From Neodothiora populina (taxonomy: Eukaryota), in the NCBI RefSeq assembly GCF_041146345.1, contig NW_027191411.1, forward strand, positions 186,001 through 250,000: DNA of 64,000 nucleotides, in the 5' to 3' direction. Every line of letters starts with the position of its first letter. The first letter of the stretch is position 1. The notes beneath the pieces were generated by a model, which saw nothing but the letters and a program-made list of their open reading frames with translations, was not told the origin of the DNA and did no database searches. The position numbers were made by a program, and so were the translations under genes. Below are positions 53,348 to 64,000 of this stretch, piece by piece.

Positions 53348-55064
53348 CTAGCAGTCACAGCGCCCATACCACCGTGGAAAGGCCACAACGTCTCGGATGT
53401 TTGCGACTCCGCTGAGGTAGCAGAGTAGCCTGTCAAATCCCAGTCCGAAACCTCCATGTGGTACGCTGCCGTATTTGCGAAGATCCACATACCAATCCAC
53501 ACTCGAAGAATCCGAGTCTTCCTTGAAGAGGCCTTGAGATTTCATGCGCTCGACAAGCTTTTCGGGACGGTGCTCACGCATAGAGCCGCCGACAAGCTCG
53601 CAGACGTCCGGAAATATCAGATCGAAACACCCCACTGTCTGGCCATCGTCATTTGGCTTCATGTAGAATGGCTTCTGAGCTCGTGGGTAGTCCGTGATGA
53701 ACAATGGTGAGTCGAAATGTTGTGCTAGCCACTTTTCGTGCTCAGCCTGTAGACCATCTTCCCAGGTCGGCTTGAACACAAACAAGCCAGGGTTCGTCGC
53801 AGCGCTGCCTTGCAGAAGCTTGATGCACTCGGTGTAGGTGACTACTGGCCAGTCTGGGTACTTATATGTCGGATCCGAAGGGGCACCACTTTTCTCAATC
53901 TGTAGACAATCCCACCTGTGTTGCAATGCTTGAGGGGTAATCATCTGAATGTCGTCTTCCTCGGTGGGCCCACTAGCACGGTCGATGATCTCGCCGACGA
54001 TTGGATGCGCCCGTACACCAGATGCTACATGGCATATCATACGCTTGATGAGGTCCATGACAACGTTCATATCATCTGTAAAGGCCATTTCCGCCTCGAG
54101 CATATAGAACTCACTGAGGTGTCGTGCGGTGTCACTCTTCTCGGCGCGGAACGTCGGCGACAGAGTCCAGACATGGCCTACAGACTGGGCTAGTGCTTCG
54201 AGATGCAACTGGGAAGACACGGTCAGATACTTGGGTGTACGGAAGAAGTGCTCGACTTGGCCATCGGCAGATTTCTGATGCGAGCCTTGGGCTGCATTGG
54301 ATGACACTGTGAAGACTTCTCCGGCACCCTCACAGTCCGAAGACGTGATGATTGGAGTATGCGTCTGCGTGAATCCTTCCCTGATGAAGAACAGCGTGAG
54401 TTGAGCAATTACTAGAGAACGGAATTGCAACAGGAGAGCCTGGAATGGGAGTCGTGTGCGAAGATGCGGCACCGTCCTAAGAAAATCGGGTGATTGATAT
54501 TTCTTTTGTATTGGATATGTCTGCGCATGCTGTCAGTCACGGTGTATTCGCCAGTGGCAAACCAAAGTCTTGATACCGAAGCGTCATTCTGGCCCAGGAG
54601 CTCTGTACTCGAAACTTGCAATTCGTGTGACTGTCCTTTGCCACCGGATTTCTTCCATTGGCCAATCAGTCGAACGGCGGCGCCATTGGATAATCTGAGG
54701 GACGGCATAAGCAGCTGTCTGTGAGATTTGAAACGCTTCCTTATGAAAATTGCCCTTACATTTCTGCCTGGGCGGGATCCAGCACCGCCTGCATCGGTTT
54801 CGTAGTAGAGCCATCACCAATCGCAGCGAAAGCTATCCGTTTCTGTTTCCGAATGGAACGTACGTAACCCTCGACTTCTATCTCCCCCGATAGGTCCTCT
54901 TCTTCTCGCGAGCTCCGTAACAAATCGACCAATTTTATTTGCTCTGAAGACGAGGCTCCTGCCTGGGTTTGCGAAGCCTGCGCGATCCTCCAGTATGTAC
55001 GATTTAATGATCTCTGAGGCCTACATTGAGGCGCAAGGCCAGATACGCTACGCCATCTTTGCAT
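53348..55064 (-). CDS. SLM5: Mitochondrial asparaginyl-tRNA synthetase
   Basis: YLTVSSQLHLE, PTFRAEKSDTARHLSEFYMLEAE, KPFYM, YGSVPHGGFGLGFDR; presequence-like N-terminus; two introns. Confidence 0.92.
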
Positions 55065-55655
55065 CCTGGATTATTGTCTGATATGATATCGGACTGTCGT
55101 AGATTTGTCTATGATCATGGTAAACACAACCAGAATCGGAAGATGGAACAATCGTGATAGTCACTCCCGGAGGTGAGTGAGTCCGTGCGCCATATTTTAT
55201 GTTCCTACAAAGCAGTATACCTTGTTGGTTTCATACGCCTAAGTGGAAGATATCATGTCTATACAACGTGGATATGTGCAGTCACCGTGCTACATGCAGT
55301 GCAAAGCTAATCTTTATCGTGACTTATTTACAGAATATAGTACAACTACAGTACAGACCATGCTCTACGCATGCATGCAATATCGATCGCAAGTTGAGTA
55401 TTCAACAATCAAATTCATCATCTTTGATCATCGAGAGATGACCTTTTCTTTATGATCAGGCAGAGCATCGACCCTACATCGGCGGTTGCGGTGTCCATCA
55501 TTCTCGAGGGACACGGACGAGGCCCGATGACAGCGTCATCATGGATAATCTCTGCCAGTCGTGAAGCTTCTGAGATGAGTCGAGACCATCAATCCTGTGC
55601 TTGGTACCAATGCGTCTTTCTGCGGCGGGAATCTAGCAAGGACATGTGCCTGCAA

Positions 55656-56094
55656 CTACAGGCCCTTCGCGCCTGGTTGCTGGCTGATATCCTTTGCGCC
55701 CTCGGCTTCCAGTCGCTTCAGTGTTTGATCTCTCTGGTACTCCATGACTCTTCTCTTCTTGAAATATTGCACCTGCGCGGAGGATCAGTGACTGTATTGG
55801 AGGCCGACATAGTCCGTGGGCGCATCAATAACATACCCAACTGCTGGCGCAATTCTTCTCGAATGCTGCGTTCTCTGTGTTACATAATGAGGCGGCCTTG
55901 TCGGATTCCCTGACACTGTCGATGATGTTGTTCTTGTCCAGGCATGCAAAGAAGTTATCCCGGCCTTCCCAGCATTTTGCGCGTTGTGTTCTGTCCGGGG
56001 CGATGAACCCGCCATCGTGAGATGGTTTTGGCGACTCGAGTGTTGCCGGCTTGTCAGCCGATGAGGACGAAGACGATGAGCCGAACCAACCCAT
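55656..56094 (-). CDS. COA6: Cytochrome c oxidase assembly factor 6
   Basis: APDRTQRAKCWEGRDNFFACLD...C...FEKNCASSW|VQYFKKRR (Cx9C...Cx10C pattern); one intron. Confidence 0.9.
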
Positions 56095-56492
56095 TCTGTG
56101 TATCTTCACTGGGTACTGATAAATGTGCGATCTGTGGCGATATAAAGTAAGATGGACAGCAAAGCGGCGAATGCAGTAGTGATTCCTTAGTCGTTCTTGC
56201 CTTCAGGACCGACCAAATAAAGCATTGGAAGACGCATCTACGATTAACACTGCAAGAGCGAAGCATTGACCTTGGAAGGTACGTCAACGGTGACAGGGTC
56301 CAGGGACGGCCCGAGGGCCCCCGACGTATCGTCTCCGTCTCCGAGCTCAAGCATCATGAGGCAGGTACCTTATTATTGTTTTGTCCGCAACCATCACAGT
56401 ACCGAAGCTGCTGCCTCTCCTTTATCCTCCACATTCAATCTGTCTGCGCTACACAAATCCCCGATGTCTCAACACCGATAGCGCGATCAAAT

Positions 56493-57159
56493 ATGCCTCG
56501 TCGTCGACGTCCGGCTCGTCCAGGTGCCCTTGCCGACCTTGCACCAACTCGAATCCTCGCGCAGATTGTCATTCTTCAAGTCCTATACTATGCTGTGGCA
56601 GCTGCTCTCATCCTCTTTACTGCTTTAGTGGCTGGTAGACAAGTCACTCTTGATCTGCTGCTGAGCTGGAAGACAATTCGCGGCGATGTCACTACAGGAT
56701 GGATGCTTGGTCTGTGTTGGATGATGGACAGTCTCATATGGTGCGCTTCCCCTTTACACGGCTCATCTGTAGGATAGCACTGACTTGCGCGATAATAGTG
56801 TCATTTTCTTACTGCTTTTAATTGCGCGATCAAAACTTATACCGGACTTTGCCCTCACTATTCACTTCATAAATCTAATCGTCACCTCCCTATACACAAA
56901 GGCTATTCCTTCGCAGCTGTTTTGGTGGCTCCTCCAGGTCGCTAGTGCTGCTCTAATGATTTTCCTCGGCGTATGGGCCTGTCAGTGGAGAGAGCTGAAG
57001 CCCATCTCCTTTGGAGGCAAGCCCAAGGGACCTGTGACAGCCACTGCTGCTCCGGATGAAGAAGCAGGCTTCGCGCGTGAAGACCACGGCAGCGGAAGAG
57101 ACGGCGCTGGTGCCTACGAGATGGTCGGCATGAGCTCAAGGGATGCGGGGGCTTCGTGA
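56493..57159 (+). CDS. SYS1: Golgi integral membrane protein Sys1
   Basis: PTRILAQIVILQVLYY, IARSKLIPDFALTIH, WACQWRELKPISFG; one intron about 56740-56798. Confidence 0.9.
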
Positions 57160-57315
57160 AGACAGATCAATGTCAAGTCTTTGATTACACGCTATGACTA
57201 CTTGGAGCCTATAAATCTAGCGCGGTCACCACCGGCCACAGACTATTCATGAATCATAAGGTACCGCTCAAAGTCGGTCACCGGCCAGCCGGCCAGCAGG
57301 GGAATGATGTCACCA

Positions 57316-57946
57316 TCAAAAGCATTCGTAGCTTTCGGCCTCCCTGCCGGCTCCGAACCAAGGACTCTCCGGACTCCCAAACCCAACCTTTCCGTCGGTC
57401 CAGTGGAACGTCGCTAATTGATGCGTGTGCGCCTTCCTTTGCCTCGCAAGCCACCCCTCGCTTTTCGTACTGTCGTTCTCGCGGACATGTATGATACATA
57501 TCGCGCGTTTCATGGTGCGAACGTTCGCAGCCTTATCGGACGGATGTACGTATGCACCGACTATCTCGGCTGTGTGTGGCCGCGACGGTAGTACTGGATA
57601 ATCGCCTGCAATGTTCGGATTAGTCCTGACTTGCGATTTCGACTTCCTTTCAAAACTTACGGGCATACACGCGCTGTCCAAGCGGCAACCACACTGTGGT
57701 TACTTCCTCTCCATCCTCGCCAGTAAGATGCACCTCTACGCTTCTCGGCCTCTGCTCGAGATTCACATTCGAGTTGTGACTTTGGCTTGGTCGCTTAGGT
57801 GCAGATACGTGTTTTCGTGAGCTTGTCTCGTGTTCTGCCAGGGGCTTCTGTATGGAGATTTGACCGATGGAGAGTTGGTTGATTGAGAAAAAAGGATGAC
57901 AGTCCGCTAAGCTTGCCAGAAGCAAGAAGAAGCATACACTCTGCAT
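57316..57946 (-). CDS. Hypothetical small secreted protein (191 aa)
   Basis: Signal-peptide-like MQSVCFFLLLASLADC. Exons 57946-57661 and 57605-57316 are joined in frame by a canonical GTAAGT...CTAAT...CAG intron. Confidence 0.65.
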
Positions 57947-59376
57947 GTCGTGGTTCGGCACGTGGCTTATATTTATATGAGGGATTGAGGTCACAAAGGA
58001 TCATGTGTGAATAGGTGACCTTCCAGAGATATTTCTTAGCGGGCCTTGACGAAGACAGCAGTGAGATGATAAGTGTACGATGCTCTAGGAATCATCTGTT
58101 GCGACGAAATTAGCTCGTCTTATAACTTGCAAGTCCTGGTGCTTGCTGTTCCAGTATCAGCATCCTTGAAGCTTCAGAGTCAAGTCATACAACCTCTTCA
58201 TCGACTCACTCAGCCACACTAAACCAAACAGCTCGTACGATCGTCAGATCGCCAGTCTGTGAGGCGGGAGGTAGAGGGCGTTTCAACGTCTCGAGGAACT
58301 CCTAGCTATGCAATTGGACAGGACTTGACATGCGGACTGTACCCCGGCATGTGATTCTTGTAGAAAGCTGAGACGGTAGAAACAACTTTATCGAAAGGCC
58401 TGGTATCACGGCTTCAGTTGCCCTCGGGAGTTTGAGATCGCCAGATCGACAGCACAACCATCCGGGGTGTTTCGTTTGGTGGCTCAGCTGGCCAACCATG
58501 CCGCGAACTTGTTCACTTACTGCTCAGCGAGGTGTAGCTGCCCTACTAGCGCACAGTGGTTCTGTTGACCTGCATGAACACGTCGTGGTGAACTTCCTTG
58601 CGCGAAATATTTGGTGGGGAAGGTCTTACACATGTCTGAAAAATACCTAAGCGAACTCAACTATGGCATGAAATGTCAAATAACTAGTCGACATCATCGC
58701 GAGTATCGATTGTAATGCTGCTAAGGTATGCTTCTTCTGTCCATCTCAGCAGTGTGTGTATTGGTTGTACCACGATGCTCTGAGAATGCTTGAGGGTATG
58801 AATATCCAATGAACATTCGCGGAGCCTACCTAGTCCATACATGTCTTAAACTAGAGATCTCATGCCTCAGCATGGTATCCGACTGCTTGACTCGCTTAGC
58901 TGCAAGAGTATCTGCTAATAACATGCGGCGCAACGTCCTTCGTACGATGTCTCGAAACAGGAGCTATCAAGGCTGGTGTTCTGCCAAGATAGAGACCGTT
59001 TCCCGTCAAGACTTGCTCCATGAGGCTGAACGGTGCTCCAGAGCTTGTAGAGTCCGGAGCAGAGCAAAGCTGAGAGAAACATGGGGTTGGCGACCATCAG
59101 TATTGGTCGGATTTTAGGCTTCTCTTCCGGGGTTTCTTTGTTATAGACTCGCCAACCAATCACAGACTCATTCAGTCCACTCGTTGGTCCATCGCGAACA
59201 CGAGAATACCAACGACCGTGCGTTCTGTATTTTCAAAGTGTTTCACTCTGTCGTATTCATGGGGTGTCGGAGCGTCTATCATTCGACCAAAGCTGCCTGC
59301 AGAAAGTACATGACCAGTGCACGAGGCGCAAAGCTGTCTCAATCGAATTGATTTCGCGGTGCCGTCGGCCGGGATC

Positions 59377-62300
59377 ATGAACGACGAAATGGAAGATGGC
59401 GCATATCCTGATCCTGGCGCACCGACTTTCATCACGCCTTATCCCTCAGGGTATGATACATCCACTGGTCATGTTTTCGGAGCTTCGAACGAAGAACATC
59501 TTTACCCGCCAAGACCACAACCTTTGATACACGAAGGATACGTCCCACGGTCTGGCTACGACTCAGACATCGATGAGGACCCTAGTGATGACTACGCCGC
59601 TATCAAGGCTCAATATGGTCTGAACTTTGTGCTTAATCCACATTCGCAGGCGTCAACTTCACAACATGGCTCCCGTTTTCATGCTGGTGGCGTGGATGAC
59701 CTCAACGAACATGACTTCGACCCTGAGCTCCGACTTACAAGCGTCGAAAGGGAGATCTTGGTCGAGAACCAAGACGTTGACGCCGATGCGGACTCTGATT
59801 TCGAAGCCTCCGATGATGGCCATAGTGACGATGACATGTCCATTACTTCAGATGTTCTCGATGACATTCTGGCAGAACATGACAGCGATCGAGGCAGAGG
59901 TAGGGGCCGTGGTAGAGGCCGTGGTAGAGGCCGCGGTACCAGGGGTCGTAGAGGCTGGAAGTGGGCACTCAGAGGCACCGAGCACGACCCACGACTTGCC
60001 AAGCGTGGTAGAGGTCGTGGTCGTGGAAGAGGCAACGGTGTGCCACGCGGTGAAGGGAGGCGGAAAGCGGAACGTAGAGGTGGCATGAAGACGGCGGAGC
60101 CAACACCGGAGTTCAAAAGACTTCAAGCACTTGCAACGCAACATTTCCTGAACCAGGATCTTGCTGCTGCAGCAGACATCGCTAGGCAAGCTGTCAAAAC
60201 GAATCCTGAGATCTTTGCAGCTCACAGTCTTTTGTCCGAGATCCTTCTCGCGGAGGGCAAACCTCATGACTCCTTGGCAGTTCTGCTCGCTGGTGCTCAC
60301 ACCAAGCGAGACTCAACGCTTTGGTGGCAGGTTGCTGAAAGGACACTTGAGTTGGCTGGGGACAAACGTAGTCAAGATGTCCTTGAGCAGGCGATCTATT
60401 GCCTGTCATGGGCCATCAAACTCGACCCGACTGATTACGACTGTCGAAAGCAGAAGCTCACCCTGCTGCTAGAAGCTGGACACCATGGCAAAGCACGCTC
60501 ACAGTGCAAAATGATGGTGAAGGCGAGGCCGTATGATCTGAATGTCATCAAACAGTACGCCGATTTGTGTGCTCATTCAAACCACGAATTCGAAATCAGG
60601 CGGGCCAAGGAAGCATATGATATTGCCATCGAGTTCTATTCCAAGGGCAAAACTCTTGGCTTAGCCGAAACCCAATGGTCTCATCTGAATGTCTACATTG
60701 ATCTTGTCGAAGATAGCGATGGTGTAGAGGCGGCTCTGAAGCGTCTTAAACAGTTGTCAAGATGGCTCTTGGGCCGGAAAGACGACGCTTGGTGGGACGA
60801 CATAGACGGCGATGATCGCGAATGGGACTCGGAAGATGTGCCTCGCCGTATTCAGCTTCCACAGTTCAAGGACAGCAAGTATCGGAGCAAGCCTGAAATG
60901 TATGGCGAGGGCCTTGCACTTGAACTCCGTATTAAGATGGGCATATATCGAACCAAAATGGGACGTATACATCTTCCCGAGGCCATGCGCCACTTCCAGA
61001 TACTGCTGGAGCTGACGAAGGAGATTGAAGAGTATTACGACCTGTTCAGAGACGCGGGCGAGGCACTGAGAACGCAGACCTACCACAAGGAGTCACTGCA
61101 ATTTCTCGAGCCCATACGATCTGTTCCCGAAGCCTGTGATCATGCTTACTTCATGCACTGTGGCGAGTCCTTCCTAGCAGTCGATCGCAAAGCTGAGGCT
61201 GAAGAGTGCTACAAGTTCATCATGGACAACGATGCCGACGACATCGAGTCGCGTATCGCTTTGGCCAAATTCTACGAAACAGAGCAGAGGGTGTCGGAAG
61301 CAATCCCCATCGTGCATGATATCATGCGCCTTGGTCGAACCGATGCAGTCAGAAGGGCCAACATCAATGTTGACAGACCTCCGCGAAAGGCTACACCGGA
61401 ACATGTTTCTGAGGCGGAGACTTCTGGTGACGATGAAGATGAGGATGAAGGCGAAGACTGTGAGCCTGTGCTTGTGAAGAGGAAAAAGAAAGTAGCGAGG
61501 CAGAAGGCTGAGAAGCCATCGCAGCCCAAAGTCAGTGAAACGCTGTTGACTATCCAGCAGCAAGAGCAACGTATCAAGACGAATCATCTTCTGCTTAGGT
61601 CCTCGAAAGAGGCTGCTGATGACGGCGACGAGGTGGCTTTAGCGGACTGGATGACCGCTGCACAGAACATGTTGGATGATTTCCGTGCTATGAAAGTCTT
61701 CTACCCTGGTCGTGACAAACATGTCAGATTCACCGGCTACAAGAGGAATGCAAAATCTGCCCTACAGAACGAAATGGAAGCAATGAAACGACGGCTTCAA
61801 GATGATGACGCTCAGGACGAAACTCCAACCTTCGATGAGTTGGATGCGATTCCGACGGAATTTCATGATATACACTTTCAGGAATGGCTCGACATCTTCT
61901 GTGGATATGCGTTACAACTAGCCAAAAGGGATGAAATCGTCAAATGTTATGATACACTAGAGGCAGCCCATTACGCCTCGGTCTATTATCATGATCCGTC
62001 TGCCAAACGCCAGATTCATGCTACCCTGCTTGCATGCGCTCTTATCCTTAACGATGAGTACACCCTCTGCAAAGCCGCTCGATGGTACGTCACCGAGTAC
62101 TCGCATACTAGCTCTACCTATCAGCTTTTCGCCGCGGTGAATCGTCTTTTCGCGGGAGGCAGCAACTGGTTCAACAGTGGACCTTACCAGAAATTCATTC
62201 TTCGAGCGGTCAAGGCTCTCGACTACGCTCTTTTGGATCCCGAAGGCCGCGCGCGTTATTCATTTACGGGCACCGAGCGGTCATCATATACGCACGGCGG

Positions 62301-62928
62301 AAAGAAAGACCCTAACCAACACGGCCTCACGGAACTCGATCCAGGTGTATTAGCACTCTACGGCCACATCATGTCCGCGGCACAGTCGTTCACAAGCGCA
62401 TTGAACTACTACTACCGAGTCTTTGTCCTCCGACCGGACGACCCGACCATCAACCTCTGCATGGCCATGTCATACATCCAGATGGGCATGAAGCGCCAAT
62501 CCGAGAACAGGCACTGGCAGATCTACCAAGGGTTGGCGTTCCTGGATCGCTACTCCGAGTTCCGCACGCGCGGAAAGAAAGGAGACGACGATGTCGCAGT
62601 CTACGAACAAGAAGTCCAATACAACCGCGCCCGAGTCTTCCATCTACTAGGCCTGACGCACCTCGCCGTCCCGGCCTACGAAAATTGTCTCGAACTCGCC
62701 GACGCCGTTGCGCGCGACCGCGAACAGAGAAGTGTAGCCATCGCGGACGAAGTCATGGGCGATGACTCCATCTCAGAAAAAGAGAAAGAACGGACCCTTA
62801 CAGACCTCTTGAAAGTCCAACAAGAAGAGTTCACGCAAGAGGCCGCTTTCGCTCTCGTTAGTATTTTCAACCTCGCTGATAACCCTGCTGCGGCGAGGAG
62901 GGTTACAGAGAGGTGGCTTGTTCTTTGA
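59377..62928 (+). CDS. TFC4: TFIIIC subunit Tfc4/Sfc4 (TPR)
   Basis: Intronless; TPRs, LSRWLLGRKDDAWWD, MKRQSENRHWQIYQGLAFL, EVQYNRARVFHLLGLTHLA, ends RWLVL; N-terminal RG repeats. Confidence 0.92.
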   Translation: MNDEMEDGAYPDPGAPTFITPYPSGYDTSTGHVFGASNEEHLYPPRPQPLIHEGYVPRSGYDSDIDEDPSDDYAAIKAQYGLNFVLNPHSQASTSQHGSRFHAGGVDDLNEHDFDPELRLTSVEREILVENQDVDADADSDFEASDDGHSDDDMSITSDVLDDILAEHDSDRGRGRGRGRGRGRGRGTRGRRGWKWALRGTEHDPRLAKRGRGRGRGRGNGVPRGEGRRKAERRGGMKTAEPTPEFKRLQALATQHFLNQDLAAAADIARQAVKTNPEIFAAHSLLSEILLAEGKPHDSLAVLLAGAHTKRDSTLWWQVAERTLELAGDKRSQDVLEQAIYCLSWAIKLDPTDYDCRKQKLTLLLEAGHHGKARSQCKMMVKARPYDLNVIKQYADLCAHSNHEFEIRRAKEAYDIAIEFYSKGKTLGLAETQWSHLNVYIDLVEDSDGVEAALKRLKQLSRWLLGRKDDAWWDDIDGDDREWDSEDVPRRIQLPQFKDSKYRSKPEMYGEGLALELRIKMGIYRTKMGRIHLPEAMRHFQILLELTKEIEEYYDLFRDAGEALRTQTYHKESLQFLEPIRSVPEACDHAYFMHCGESFLAVDRKAEAEECYKFIMDNDADDIESRIALAKFYETEQRVSEAIPIVHDIMRLGRTDAVRRANINVDRPPRKATPEHVSEAETSGDDEDEDEGEDCEPVLVKRKKKVARQKAEKPSQPKVSETLLTIQQQEQRIKTNHLLLRSSKEAADDGDEVALADWMTAAQNMLDDFRAMKVFYPGRDKHVRFTGYKRNAKSALQNEMEAMKRRLQDDDAQDETPTFDELDAIPTEFHDIHFQEWLDIFCGYALQLAKRDEIVKCYDTLEAAHYASVYYHDPSAKRQIHATLLACALILNDEYTLCKAARWYVTEYSHTSSTYQLFAAVNRLFAGGSNWFNSGPYQKFILRAVKALDYALLDPEGRARYSFTGTERSSYTHGGKKDPNQHGLTELDPGVLALYGHIMSAAQSFTSALNYYYRVFVLRPDDPTINLCMAMSYIQMGMKRQSENRHWQIYQGLAFLDRYSEFRTRGKKGDDDVAVYEQEVQYNRARVFHLLGLTHLAVPAYENCLELADAVARDREQRSVAIADEVMGDDSISEKEKERTLTDLLKVQQEEFTQEAAFALVSIFNLADNPAAARRVTERWLVL

Positions 62929-64000
62929 TATGTGCCGTCTGGGAAGATCAGGGTTGTCGGCCGAGTCTCCTTTCTTAGCTCGGTACATGTAACACCATGT
63001 TTTATCTGTCTTGCAGTACAATTAGCGTATATACCCCTCCACAATTCCATTCTTAAACTCCTTCAAAGACGTTGGACATATACTATGACTTTGTTTTTAT
63101 TTTGCATATACCCGACGATTTCGTCCGTGGCCAGACAGGGACGTTGTTTTTGAGCCTGTAACACGTACCTCTTTTGCCTTGGACTTGTCCACTGGTTCTC
63201 TTGGTGTAGTAAGACGATTATTTGTTTGTTTCCTTGTACTCGACTATTTGTCCTCGGCAAGATAAAACGGAGACAAATGATTGGAGATCGTGCTCGAGAT
63301 GACTGACAGATGAAGACAAGGAGTTGGTGGTCGACTGATGGTTATCTAGCCTCTACCTCGATGCGACAAGTCTGAACACAAAGACTGATCAGCTGAATGA
63401 ATGGACACAAGAAAAGCTCGCTTTCTACAGCGCCTGATTGAACGATCAACGAGCGCATCGATGAATCTTCAGTGTACGCAGTCAGTTTATTAGTTCTTGA
63501 CTTTCATTTTTATTGTTGTCGTCATTGTCACTATAAACTCTCCTGCCTCACCGTCCCGTGTCCCAAATCCATACTCCTTTTCCTTCTCTTCTTTCCTTTG
63601 GAAACGAAGTTCCTCAATCGTCAAACAACTCTCTCTGACTCTTTCCACCGATCCAAGTGCGCTTCACCTCAGCAGTAGTAAATAAACGTCGCGTGAAGAA
63701 GTGAGTGAAAGCGAGAAAGCAAGCGACAAGTCAAGTGAGCGCAGGCCAACCCACCTCACCAACCCCCCATAACCCTTCTACCACCAGCAACAACACTCCC
63801 ACCGGGCCCTCTGCTGCCAAACGACAAAACGCCTCGCAACGCCTTCCTCACAGCCCAGCCCCTCGCAAGCCTCTGCAACTCCACTGCATCTCTGTACGCC
63901 TTCTGTCGTCTGCTCTCGAGCACACCCCTCCAACGTCCTTGAAAGACAACGGCCGCGTCCTCGTATTCATTCTTCAGCTTGACAATTGTCGCGCAGTCGT

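Overview
Eukaryotic DNA from a filamentous ascomycete (Pezizomycotina; short GT-AG introns with CTRAC/CTAAT branch points). It is a gene-dense, mostly housekeeping region with about 24 protein genes: a partial Sap1/Yta6-like AAA ATPase, LCB1, a Whi5/Nrm1-like protein, a jacalin-domain metalloprotease, an F-box-like protein, PHO84, a Ras-like GTPase, a citrate carrier, an AIM6-like protein, SKI3, a HAUS1-like protein, GGA, TSR3, a LEA-like protein, CWH43, a Pth4/ICT1-like protein, a Nab3/NCOA5-like protein, an MRS3/4-type carrier, mitochondrial AsnRS, COA6, SYS1, an orphan secreted protein and TFC4. There is also an intron-containing tRNA-Ser(AGA). No transposase, CRISPR array or secondary-metabolite cluster is visible. 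The most unusual signals are: (1) a ~355-nt nested inverted-repeat element with UUCG/GNRA tetraloops downstream of PHO84, a candidate structured ncRNA; (2) a GGA gene whose first exon has no in-frame ATG and appears to start at GTG in strong context; (3) a protein-conserving tandem copy of the HAUS1-like C-terminus and a possible stwintron in the same gene; (4) SreA-type, Pho4-type and MCB-type promoter motifs. All gene calls come from motif recognition and manual splicing; no database searches were run.
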